Shown: positions 40,640 through 49,981, counted from the stretch's first letter. The stretch is DNA of 64,000 nucleotides from a bacterium (GCA_963676395.1 OY781066.1:160001-224000), one strand, 5' to 3'. Notes: generated by a model not told the origin, from the letters alone. Program-made: numbers and translations.

Positions 40640-40985
40640 GATGTCGCTCCTATGGAGCTATTGTTATTGATTCGTTTTTTCATACAAAGATATCGTCCCC
40701 ACGGGACTATTAGTATCGCTCTATTATTATTGATTCGTCCTTATTGCAAATATTCCGTCCCTATGGGACTGTAGGTTTTACTCCTACGGAGTAATTAAAT
40801 TATTGGGGATACCATTTTACAGACATTCCGTCCATACGGGACTATTTGTGTCGCTCCTACGGAGCTACTATTGCTGATTCGTTTTTCCTGCAAAAATGTC
40901 GTCCCTACGGCACTTTCTGTATCGCTCCGACTTAACCAGTTTATTGATTTGTTTTCCCTACAAAGATATCGCTCCTACGGAGCTT
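40640..40985. repeat. REP-like palindrome array upstream of tnpA (about 8 intact plus 2 decayed hairpins)
   Basis: Copies at 40646, 40695, 40757, 40780, 40830, 40853, 40901 and 40971; remnants near 40716 and 40924. Confidence 0.9.
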
Positions 40986-41071
40986 TCATTGAATATTCGT
41001 TACATGAATAGATTCTTCAGAATGACACAGATTGGTGAGTAAGCGCCCCCTCTCTGCTCATAATTCTTAAC

Positions 41072-42169
41072 TCATATATTCCTAACGTAATAATCCCCCT
41101 TCCCCCTCTGTACATATCCCTTGATCTCAAGATCAAGAAGCACTTTTATAATCTCTGCTCTCTCTAAAGTACATTTTCCATAGATCATATCAATGTGTAC
41201 ACCTTCTTTATTTAAACATTTAAGAACCGCTTCCTCTTCAACTCCCAATTTTTTTTTCTTTGCCATCTCAATAAAAAGGTCTTTTTGTCCATTTAATTGA
41301 TCTTTAATAAATGGATATTCATCCAGAATATGTTCTGCTGTTGTTGCAAGTTTTGCCCCCAAACGTATCAAACGATGACAACCATTATGCTTACCTTTGA
41401 TAATATCACCCGGAACCGCATAAACATCTCGATTTTGATCGTTTGCATTGAAAGCGGTTACCAATGCGCCACTTTTGTCACCGGCTTGAACAACCAGGAT
41501 CCCCCTACTCAATCCACTAATTATGCGATTTCTACGAACAAAATGAGCCGGCACCTGATATCGACCAAATAAAGTCTCTGTACACACAACACCTTTAGCA
41601 CAAATATCATTATATAGCTGCTTATTTTCTGCAGGATAAATAATATCAAATGAGGTACCCATAACGGCTATAGTCCGTGCATGGTGATCCAATGCCGCCT
41701 TATGCGATATTGCATCAATACCTTTTGCCATTCCACTAACAATGCAAAGATCACTTTTAGCAATACCACTGGCAATATCGTAACACATCTGTTTGCCATA
41801 ATCATCAGGATAGCGCATACCGACTATTCCAAAAGCAGGATCATCTTGATCAGAAAATTCCCCTTTATATAACAATACGATTGGAGGATTATATATCTGA
41901 GCCAATATTTCAGGATAGTTCTCTTCCCCATAGGTCAAAATTTTAACCTTTTTCTTCTCTGAACATAATAATTGCATATCAACCATTTTGCGATATTCCT
42001 TATTAACGATAGCATTTGCCTGATATTCTGAGATCTCACTGACTTGCAATAAGGATTGCTTATCCTGATCAAGCACAGCCTCAGGAGAACCAAAATGATT
42101 TATCAAGGAAAAGTATGTCCGTGGACCTATATCATCAACGCAGGCTATGGATAGTGTAGAAATATTCAT
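41072..42169 (-). CDS. dprA: DNA-protecting protein DprA
   Basis: YPEILAQIYNPP, IVSGMAKGIDA, FVRRNRIISGLS and SGALVTA motifs; C-terminal winged helix. Start at ATG 42169. Confidence 0.95.
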   Translation of the reverse strand: MNISTLSIACVDDIGPRTYFSLINHFGSPEAVLDQDKQSLLQVSEISEYQANAIVNKEYRKMVDMQLLCSEKKKVKILTYGEENYPEILAQIYNPPIVLLYKGEFSDQDDPAFGIVGMRYPDDYGKQMCYDIASGIAKSDLCIVSGMAKGIDAISHKAALDHHARTIAVMGTSFDIIYPAENKQLYNDICAKGVVCTETLFGRYQVPAHFVRRNRIISGLSRGILVVQAGDKSGALVTAFNANDQNRDVYAVPGDIIKGKHNGCHRLIRLGAKLATTAEHILDEYPFIKDQLNGQKDLFIEMAKKKKLGVEEEAVLKCLNKEGVHIDMIYGKCTLERAEIIKVLLDLEIKGYVQRGKGDYYVRNI

Positions 42170-42323
42170 ATGAGCCTCAATTATCAATAAACATTGGCTT
42201 AACCTTGCTTATTGAGCTTTATATCTATGTCTTTGGGTGAGAATTTTTCCGCCCCCCTCACCATTGACATAAAAATTTAACTATCATCATATATTTTCAC
42301 AAATCAATATTTTTATCTTCACA

Positions 42324-42347
42324 AAAATGTGATGTGCATCACATTTT
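42324..42347. promoter_or_regulatory. CRP/FNR-family-like operator upstream of dprA
   Basis: AAAATGTGA-tgtgca-TCACATTTT, a full match to the CRP consensus. Confidence 0.55.
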
Positions 42348-42356
42348 AAATCATAT

Positions 42357-42381
42357 AAAAAAAGCCACGAAATTCGTGGCT
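42357..42381 (-). terminator. Terminator after obgE
   Basis: agccacga-aat-tcgtggct stem with an A-run on its left (U-run on the minus strand). Confidence 0.75.
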
Positions 42382-42403
42382 CATTACTGCTAAATAAATA
42401 TTT

Positions 42404-43375
42404 CTATTCTACGTATTCCCCAAGCTTAAACAAAAGCTTGTCAATATTGATACGAGCAACGGATGAAATATGCAGCACATCAACATCTACCTCAAAATCA
42501 TCTTTATATTCAGTTTGATCTACTGAATCCATTTTTGTAACACATAAAAATCTGGGTTTATACGCCAATTCTTTGTTAAAAGAGGTCAACTCTTTCAAGA
42601 GAGTCTCATATGTGGTTTTAATATCTTCTTCATTTACATCTACCATAAATAGAAGCACCTGCGTTCTTTCGATATGACGTAAAAATTGATCTCCGAGCCC
42701 CTTACCAAGATGAGCACCTTCTATTAAACCTGGAATATCCGCCATAACAAAAGATTTAAAATCTCCGTATTTAACAATACCGAGATTTGGCACCAAAGTT
42801 GTAAAGGGATAATCTGCGATCTTCGGCTTTGCAGCCGAAATCGTCGATAGTAATGTACTTTTCCCTGCATTCGGAAATCCGACCAAGCCAACATCTGCTA
42901 AAATTTTAAGTTCAAGTTCCACGTTAATACTTTCACCGGGCAATCCAGGTTTTGAATATCTAGGGATCTTATTAATAGAATTGGCAAAATGCTGATTTCC
43001 CCAGCCTCCGCTACCACCTTTAGCGGCAATAAATTGTTCGCCATCTTCCACAAGATCTGCGATAATCTCATCACGCTCGAGATCTTTTACCAACGTACCT
43101 ACAGGAACTTTGATAATAATATCTTTTCCTTTTTTTCCGGAGCGATTGTTTCCCTCTCCGGGACTTCCGTTGTCCGCCTTATATTTTCTATGATAGCGAA
43201 TATCCTGAAGTGTGTGTAATTGCGAAGTGGCCAGAAGAATCACGGATCCGCCGTCACCGCCATCACCACCATCGGGACCACCCTTTGGCATGAATTTTTC
43301 ACGATGAAAACTAACACAACCGTTACCTCCGTTACCGGCGATGATCTCAATTTGTGCAAGATCTACAAATTTCAT
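42404..43375 (-). CDS. obgE: GTPase ObgE/CgtA
   Basis: Gly-rich N-terminus; GFPNAGKS, YPFTTL and DIPGLIEGAH motifs. Confidence 0.97.
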   Translation of the reverse strand: MKFVDLAQIEIIAGNGGNGCVSFHREKFMPKGGPDGGDGGDGGSVILLATSQLHTLQDIRYHRKYKADNGSPGEGNNRSGKKGKDIIIKVPVGTLVKDLERDEIIADLVEDGEQFIAAKGGSGGWGNQHFANSINKIPRYSKPGLPGESINVELELKILADVGLVGFPNAGKSTLLSTISAAKPKIADYPFTTLVPNLGIVKYGDFKSFVMADIPGLIEGAHLGKGLGDQFLRHIERTQVLLFMVDVNEEDIKTTYETLLKELTSFNKELAYKPRFLCVTKMDSVDQTEYKDDFEVDVDVLHISSVARINIDKLLFKLGEYVE

Positions 43376-43466
43376 GCCTTTTCCTTTTTTTACTTTTCCA
43401 GTCTTAATAAAATCAGGGTTGAAAGCTCAAGTTTAAGCTCTCAACCCCTCGTTAATCTTAATCTAA

Positions 43467-44450
43467 TTACTTAACCTGCAAAGCGGCTACTGCTGTCAAA
43501 TTAACAACATCTTCCGCGGAACAACCACGAGACAGATCATGAATAGGTTTATTCATACCTTGTAGAATGGGGCCGACCGCTTCGTAACCGGCAAAACGCT
43601 GAACCAGCTTATAGCCAATATTACCGGCATTTAGGTCCGGAAATATTAAAACATTTGCTTTTCCGGCTACTTCCGAACCCGGAGCTTTTTTCATACCGAC
43701 TTTTTCAACGATCGCGGCATCTGCCTGCATTTCACCATCAATCTTTAAACCGGGTGCAGTTTTATGTGCAATTTGATAAGCTTTTTGAACTTTTTCTACC
43801 AACTCGTGCCTTGCGGACCCCATAGTAGAAAATGATAATAATGCCACATGAGGTTCTTCGTTAAAAATAGCTTTATGTGTTTCAGCGGTACCCAATGCAA
43901 TTTCAGCTAACTGTTCAGCCGTAGGATCGGGATTTACAGCACAATCAGCAAACGACAAAGGAGGGCGATCGTCCGGAGAGAACATTAACATATCTGATGA
44001 CATAGTTGATACGCCTGGAGCGGTTTTAACGATTTGCAGTCCCGCTCTTAAAACATGAGCGGTGGGGTTTAGAGCACCTGAGATACATATATCAGCACGA
44101 TCCATTCTTAACATCATAGCAGCAAAAAATGTAGGATCTGCCATGATATCGCGTGCACGTTCGGGAGTCATGCCCTTTTTCTTGCGAAGCTCCACATATT
44201 CAGTAACATAAGCTTCAAAATCCGGATCTTGTTCCGGATCCACCTGATCAACACCATCCAAATATACACCGGCTTCACTGGCGGCAGATAATAGTTCTTC
44301 TTCTGTTCCGAGGATCGTAACTCGGGCGATATTTTCTTTCGCGATCTCTGCAGCCGCAGCTGCAATGCGCGGGTCTTTTCCTTCGGGAAGCACAACATGA
44401 ACATCAGTCTCTTTGATGGCACGGGCTCTCAGGCGTTCAAGAGGGGTCAT
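43467..44450 (-). CDS. pta: Phosphate acetyltransferase
   Basis: VLPEG, FADCAV, DGEMQADAA, GNIGYK and DLSRGCS motifs. Confidence 0.95.
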   Translation of the reverse strand: MTPLERLRARAIKETDVHVVLPEGKDPRIAAAAAEIAKENIARVTILGTEEELLSAASEAGVYLDGVDQVDPEQDPDFEAYVTEYVELRKKKGMTPERARDIMADPTFFAAMMLRMDRADICISGALNPTAHVLRAGLQIVKTAPGVSTMSSDMLMFSPDDRPPLSFADCAVNPDPTAEQLAEIALGTAETHKAIFNEEPHVALLSFSTMGSARHELVEKVQKAYQIAHKTAPGLKIDGEMQADAAIVEKVGMKKAPGSEVAGKANVLIFPDLNAGNIGYKLVQRFAGYEAVGPILQGMNKPIHDLSRGCSAEDVVNLTAVAALQVK

Positions 44451-44941
44451 TCTTTCTCCTTAATCTCAAATTTATTTATTAATTTTTCCTTCACATGCTC
44501 AGGTACAAAGCAGGATACATCTCCACCAAAAGTAGCGATCTCCTTGATCATGGAAGAACTTAAGTATGTATATTTTTCTTTAGGCATAAGAAAAACAGAT
44601 TCAACATCTTTGCCGATCTTTCTATTTAACAATGCCATTTGAAATTCATATTCGAAATCCGAAACCGCTCGTAAGCCTCTGATAAGTGCAGTCGCACCTT
44701 GTTGTTGGCAGTATTCGACAATAAGACCCGAAAACAGATCAACTTCAACGTTGGGGATCTTTTTTACTGCCTTAGCGATCATATCTTTTCTTTCCTCCAT
44801 TGTAAACAATGGAGATTTACCTGTATTCATAGCAACGGCAACAATAACTTTATCAAATAGTTTTGCCGCTCTTTTAATAATATCAAGATGACCATTCGTA
44901 ATGGGATCGAACGTACCGGGATAGATCGCAATTTGACTCAT
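44447..44941 (-). CDS. coaD: Phosphopantetheine adenylyltransferase
   Basis: YPGTFDPITNGHLDII and RGLRAVSDFEYE motifs; GGAGG before ATG 44941. Confidence 0.97.
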   Translation of the reverse strand: MSQIAIYPGTFDPITNGHLDIIKRAAKLFDKVIVAVAMNTGKSPLFTMEERKDMIAKAVKKIPNVEVDLFSGLIVEYCQQQGATALIRGLRAVSDFEYEFQMALLNRKIGKDVESVFLMPKEKYTYLSSSMIKEIATFGGDVSCFVPEHVKEKLINKFEIKEKE

Positions 44942-45112
44942 ACTTCCTCCGTGCTCAAAACTTGCAAAGTTACAATTTTTTTCAGCGCAGAACAACATAA
45001 TATCATCACTGAATAGCCTAGGGTTTAAGCCCAAGGTTACTAAATGTATTTTTATGGCAAATATATTATTTTAGCATTTTGATTCGCGACTTATATATAA
45101 TAAATTTCTGAG

Positions 45113-47605
45113 ATGCTTAGAACTATAAAAAAATCGATCATTATTTCACTGGCGATATTTATCTTTATCGCTCTCGTCGGTGTAGCGGGGATCTACTATT
45201 TTTCCCAAGATCTACCAAGTCTTGAAGAGCTAGAACAATTCGAACCCGATATTGTCTCAACAGTTTATTCTTCCGATGGTAGAATTCTAACGGAATTCGG
45301 GATAAAAAACAGAACCCTGGTTCCACTTGATTCTATACCCGATTATGTTAAAGATGCAATTCTTTCTACAGAAGATAAGAAGTTCTACGATCATTGGGGT
45401 ATGGATATGCGCCGTTTTTTCCAAGCTGTATACCTCAATATTGCCAATGGTTTCGGCTCTCAAGGTGCTTCTACTCTGACCCAGCAGTTAGCAAGAACCT
45501 TGCACCTGAATCGTCAGGAAACCATCACTCGTAAAATTCAGGAATTGATCGTAGCTATTCTCATTGAGCGATCTTATTCAAAGACCGAAATCCTTGAAAT
45601 GTACTTGAATTCCTGTTTTTGGGGCCATGGCTGCTATGGTATCCAAGCTGCAACAGATTATTATTTCCAAAAAGAAGTGGCAGACCTGACTCTGGACGAA
45701 TCCGCCATGCTCATTGGAATACTACCTGCACCAACTCCCTGGTCACCAAGATTCCACCATGATAAAGCTATTTGGCGTAGAAATCTTGTTTTAAGGAATA
45801 TGGTTCGGAACAAGAAGATCAATCAACAGCAATTCATGGATGCACTATCATCCGAGACACCTGTTGAATATATTGAAAACAGTTCTATCGCTCCCTATTT
45901 TACCGAATATGTGCGTTTAGAAGTTGCAAAATATTGCCGTAAACAAGGCATAGATTATTATCGTGATGGTTTACAGATCTTTACAACCTTAAATTATGAC
46001 ATGCAAACGATCGCTAGAGATGCTATTGCTATTCGTCTGGCTGAACAACAAAAGATCTTAGACAATAGCCTTTTAAGTAGTCCTGATTTCTTAATGAAAA
46101 TATACAGTCAGTATTATCCAAACCAAGCTCTGCCTTTAAGTTTTTTCTCGAATTATACGATCATTGCGATTAAACCCAGGAACGATATACCTCATCAGAC
46201 TGACAGTCCAATTGCTTTTAATCAGTACGATCTTAATATTGATTCCACTTCAAGTCAAGATTCTCTTTTCGTTAAGGAATTCACCAATGAATTCGGTAAA
46301 GATTCATTGTCATTGTTTGAATCAATGATCGATCTTTTACCTGATAACGAAAAAGAAAAACTTGTTAAGAATACTTGGGATCCATTCACATATGACACAC
46401 TATATCGTGATACAACCCTATATTCATATTTCTTGAATGATTCACTTCAAAGAGATTCATTGACCTTTGATCAAGACACATGGTTTACCATTGTTGTTGA
46501 TTCCACCTCTCTGGTAATGGACTCTTTATTATCTGCTTTGCCATTAAAACCGAAAACCGTTCAGGCTTCTTTATTCTCTATGGATCCGGGAACGGGAGCT
46601 ATTCGTGCTATGATAGGTGGCCGTAACTTTGAAGAATCAAAGTTTAATCGTGCTGTACAAGCTCAAAGGCAACCCGGTTCAACCTTTAAGCCTTTTGTTT
46701 ATACATCAGTAATTGATAATGGTTATTCACCCTCAACACAATTATTAAATCAACCACCAGCAATCCCTCAAGCCGATGGAAATCTTTGGATTCCAAAAAA
46801 TTTCGACAACAGTACAGGCGGATTGATGACACTTAGAAACGGTTTAATGAACTCTGTCAACTTGATCGCTGCAAATGCCATTACTCAGTTAACTACACCT
46901 GAGGTTGTTATATCCTATGCGAAAAAGATGGGTATTACATCTGAATTACCTGCCTACCCTTCTCTGGCTTTAGGGTCAGGTGAAGTATTACTGAATGATA
47001 TGGTTTCAGCCTATTCGGTTTTTGCCAATAAAGGCATCTGGAATTTACCATATGCAATTGAGCGCATTCTTGATAGAAACGGTCGGGAGATCTACCGTTC
47101 ACCTCGTGAAACACGTGAAATCCTTTCACCTGAGACAACCTATTTAATGGTCGACATGCTTAAATCGGTTGTTAAAAAAGGCACAGGTAAAGCTATTGCC
47201 AGAGATTATAACTTCAGAATTCCCATTGGTGGAAAAACAGGTACGACCAATGATTATACTGATGCATGGTTTGTGGGTTTTACACCCATGCTTGCAACCG
47301 GTGTTTGGGTAGGTGTTGATGATTCTCGGATTCCTTTAGGGAAAAAACAATCCGGTGGGAAAGCCGCATTACCGATATGGGCACATTTCATGAAAAACGC
47401 GTATCAAAAATTAGATATTCCCGTTTTGGATTTTGATCAACCTCCCACGGTAAGAAAATTCAAGATCTGTAAAGAAACCAAACTTATTCCAACACCTTTT
47501 TGCCCAGTAGAATACGAGTTATTCAATGTTCGTTATGCTCCCAAAGAAGAATGCCAAGTCCACGGATATGGCGTTTTCCAAGAAGAAGAAAGCGCAGATT
47601 TTTAA
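45113..47605 (+). CDS. Class A penicillin-binding protein (PBP1A family)
   Basis: Transglycosylase motifs EDKKFYDH, GASTLTQQ and RKIQE; transpeptidase motifs STFK, SVN and KTG. Confidence 0.93.
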   Translation: MLRTIKKSIIISLAIFIFIALVGVAGIYYFSQDLPSLEELEQFEPDIVSTVYSSDGRILTEFGIKNRTLVPLDSIPDYVKDAILSTEDKKFYDHWGMDMRRFFQAVYLNIANGFGSQGASTLTQQLARTLHLNRQETITRKIQELIVAILIERSYSKTEILEMYLNSCFWGHGCYGIQAATDYYFQKEVADLTLDESAMLIGILPAPTPWSPRFHHDKAIWRRNLVLRNMVRNKKINQQQFMDALSSETPVEYIENSSIAPYFTEYVRLEVAKYCRKQGIDYYRDGLQIFTTLNYDMQTIARDAIAIRLAEQQKILDNSLLSSPDFLMKIYSQYYPNQALPLSFFSNYTIIAIKPRNDIPHQTDSPIAFNQYDLNIDSTSSQDSLFVKEFTNEFGKDSLSLFESMIDLLPDNEKEKLVKNTWDPFTYDTLYRDTTLYSYFLNDSLQRDSLTFDQDTWFTIVVDSTSLVMDSLLSALPLKPKTVQASLFSMDPGTGAIRAMIGGRNFEESKFNRAVQAQRQPGSTFKPFVYTSVIDNGYSPSTQLLNQPPAIPQADGNLWIPKNFDNSTGGLMTLRNGLMNSVNLIAANAITQLTTPEVVISYAKKMGITSELPAYPSLALGSGEVLLNDMVSAYSVFANKGIWNLPYAIERILDRNGREIYRSPRETREILSPETTYLMVDMLKSVVKKGTGKAIARDYNFRIPIGGKTGTTNDYTDAWFVGFTPMLATGVWVGVDDSRIPLGKKQSGGKAALPIWAHFMKNAYQKLDIPVLDFDQPPTVRKFKICKETKLIPTPFCPVEYELFNVRYAPKEECQVHGYGVFQEEESADF

Positions 47606-47694
47606 CCTCGCTCCACTCTCACATAAAAAAGGAAAAAGTTAAAAGCTAAAAGAAGATTAAATATCTTATATCCAGCAATTAACCATGAAAATAA

Positions 47695-47895
47695 ATGACG
47701 ACTATATCAGGTACTATTCGTAAAAACATCCATATTGGTTTAGAGGTTGAAATTGTTCAAAAACATCATCAAAGAACAGGGGACTTAACCTGGGGCATCG
47801 TAAAGCGAATCTTAACGAACTCAACTTCACACCCTCATGGCATTAAAGTCCAGCTTATGGATGGTAAAATTGGTCGAGTGAAAAACATTCTTTAA
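47695..47895 (+). CDS. YwbE/DUF2196 family protein
   Basis: KHHQRTG...ILTNSTSHPHGIKV...IGRV. Confidence 0.85.
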   Translation: MTTISGTIRKNIHIGLEVEIVQKHHQRTGDLTWGIVKRILTNSTSHPHGIKVQLMDGKIGRVKNIL

Positions 47896-47919
47896 TACTT
47901 TTCCCACAGGAGCTTAAAA

Positions 47920-48381
47920 ATGAAAATTTGGGTTGATGCCGATGCTTGTCCCAACGCTGTCAAGCAAGTCATTTACAAAGTTGCCCTACGTCGTAAGATC
48001 CATGTTACACTCGTTGCAAATCAATTTATGCGCATACCAAAATCCGATCTCTTTAATTTCATTCAAGTAGGACATGGTTTTAACGAAGCAGATGAAAAAA
48101 TTGTTGAGCTGATCGATAAAAATGATCTCGTTATTACGGCAGACATTCCCTTTGCTTCGGATGTCATTAAAAAAGAGGCTATTGCTTTAAATCCTCGAGG
48201 AGAACTATATACCGAAGATAATATTCAAGCTCGTTTAAGCATGCGAGACTTTATGGAGACCCTTCGCATGGGGGGAATGATTAACGGCGGTCCTGCGCCT
48301 TTAGATAAGCATAATATTCAAGATTTCACCAATGCATTGGATAAATATCTTACTCAAGCTGAGAAAAACAAACAAATATAA
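47920..48381 (+). CDS. YaiI/YqxD (UPF0178) family protein
   Basis: IWVDADACP, VITADIP and NPRGELYT motifs. Confidence 0.92.
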   Translation: MKIWVDADACPNAVKQVIYKVALRRKIHVTLVANQFMRIPKSDLFNFIQVGHGFNEADEKIVELIDKNDLVITADIPFASDVIKKEAIALNPRGELYTEDNIQARLSMRDFMETLRMGGMINGGPAPLDKHNIQDFTNALDKYLTQAEKNKQI

Positions 48382-48430
48382 AATACCCGATCACCTAATT
48401 TTAATCGGCAGTATGATAAAATCACGTTTC

Positions 48431-48456
48431 TCTGGAATAGACATGCCTATTCCAGA
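48431..48456. repeat. 10-bp-stem palindrome tctggaatag-acatgc-ctattccaga
   Basis: Perfect stem between convergent genes. Confidence 0.6.
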
Positions 48457-48489
48457 CAGGTTAAAAGCACAAATAAATCTTATAATATC

Positions 48490-48520
48490 AAAAAAAGCCT
48501 CGGATTCTACTCCAAGGCTT
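48490..48520 (-). terminator. Terminator after glyQS
   Basis: aaaaaagcctcgga-ttctac-tccaaggctt. Confidence 0.65.
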
Positions 48521-48593
48521 GATCTATATAACGGATAATCAAGCATTCGACAAATTACATCTACCTTTGGGTATCTGCACTAGCCGAAAGGTC

Positions 48594-49913
48594 TTATTCG
48601 TTTACTTTCTGAATAATCTTTGCTACGATCTCATCCATAGGAACACGTTCCTGAACAAGTGAATCGCGATAACGGAGTGTAACGCAATTATCTTCAAGAG
48701 ATTCATGGTCTACGGTAACACAGAAAGGTGTTCCGATCTCATCCTGACGGCGATAACGTTTACCAATAGAGCCACCATCATCATATACGCTGGCAACATG
48801 CTTGCGTAGCTTATCATATAGGTCGCGAGCAACTTCAGGCATACCGGCTTTTTTGAACAATGGAAATACCGCTACTTTAAATGGCGCTACTTTGGGTGAA
48901 AAGCGCATTACAATGCGATCATTCTCTTCATCTTCCCAGTAAGCATCTGTCATAATCATCAAAACGGTACGGTCAACACCGGCAGAGGTCTCGATCACAG
49001 AAGGTACGATTTTTGCACCGCGGTTTTCCTGATCAACATAGTGTATCTTTTTCTTCGAATGTTCTATATGTTGATCCAAATCATATGTTCCACGATCTGC
49101 AATCCCTTCGATCTCTGAAAAACCATACGGAAACTCATATTCAACGTCATAACAAGCCGAAGAATAGTGAGCCAACTCATCGTCACCATGAGGGCGTAAT
49201 TGGAGCTTCTCGGGCGTAATACCAAGTGATTTAAACCAATTTAAGCGCTCTTGTGACCAATATTCCAACCATTTATCCGCTTCTTCGGGACGAATAAAGA
49301 ATTCCATTTCCATTTGTTCAAATTCACGTGTACGGAAAATAAAGTTACCTGTGGTAATTTCGTTACGGAAAGCTTTACCCAACTGCCCGATACCAAAAGG
49401 TAATTTCACGCGGTTTGTCGCCACAACATTGTTAAAATTCACAAAAATACCTTGTGCGGTTTCGGGGCGTAGATATACATCCATCGCACCTTCATCGGTA
49501 GAACCGAGTTTAGTTTTAAACATCAGGTTAAACTGTTTGGGTTCTGCTAACTCACCTCCACATGAAGGGCATTCTGTTGTATCTTCGGGCAAGTGATCCA
49601 CGCGGTAACGTTTTTTACATTTTTTGCATTCGGTCATGGGATCATGAAAGTTCACAACATGACCTGAAGCTTCCCAGACTTTAGGATGCATTAAAATAGC
49701 ACAATCCATTCCCAAAACATTATCTCGGGAAGTGATCATTTCCTGCCACCATAAATTTTTAACATTTCTTTTTAACTCAACGCCCATAGGGCCGTAATCA
49801 TATACGGCATTAATACCATCATAGATCTCTGAACTCTGAAACAGAAATCCACGGCGGCGTGACAAGGCAACCAATTTTTCCATCAAGGGATAAGACATGG
49901 GTTTTTGGGACAT
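48594..49913 (-). CDS. glyQS: Glycine--tRNA ligase, alpha2 type
   Basis: YLRPETAQG, FRTREFEQME and SIGKRYRRQDEIGTP motifs. Confidence 0.96.
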   Translation of the reverse strand: MSQKPMSYPLMEKLVALSRRRGFLFQSSEIYDGINAVYDYGPMGVELKRNVKNLWWQEMITSRDNVLGMDCAILMHPKVWEASGHVVNFHDPMTECKKCKKRYRVDHLPEDTTECPSCGGELAEPKQFNLMFKTKLGSTDEGAMDVYLRPETAQGIFVNFNNVVATNRVKLPFGIGQLGKAFRNEITTGNFIFRTREFEQMEMEFFIRPEEADKWLEYWSQERLNWFKSLGITPEKLQLRPHGDDELAHYSSACYDVEYEFPYGFSEIEGIADRGTYDLDQHIEHSKKKIHYVDQENRGAKIVPSVIETSAGVDRTVLMIMTDAYWEDEENDRIVMRFSPKVAPFKVAVFPLFKKAGMPEVARDLYDKLRKHVASVYDDGGSIGKRYRRQDEIGTPFCVTVDHESLEDNCVTLRYRDSLVQERVPMDEIVAKIIQKVNE

Positions 49914-49956
49914 ATTTAACTCTTTCGCATTTTATTTAATTTTTATTTCAATTGCC

Positions 49957-49981
49957 GGGAACGGTCGCGACCATTCCTTAC
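49957..49981. repeat. REP-like palindrome (GTAAGGAAYGGTCGCGACCGTT family)
   Basis: gggaacggtcgcgaccattccttac; related copies at 60937 and 62311. Confidence 0.7.

Larger units (their letters stand above)
39482..40985. mobile_element. REPtron-like locus: HUH/Y1 tnpA embedded in palindrome arrays
   Basis: A single tnpA with no tnpB, flanked on both sides by arrays of related short hairpins. Confidence 0.75.

Noticed and set aside
40624..40683. N-terminal extension of TnpA in the ORF track (173 aa)
   Set aside because: It runs through a repeat unit. The RBS and the family-typical start MANTY indicate ATG 40623.
39482..40985. CRISPR array
   Set aside because: The repeats are only 13-27 bp, degenerate, of two alternating types and both orientations. 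The linkers resemble one another (ttgattcgtt motif) rather than being unique spacers, and no cas genes are present.
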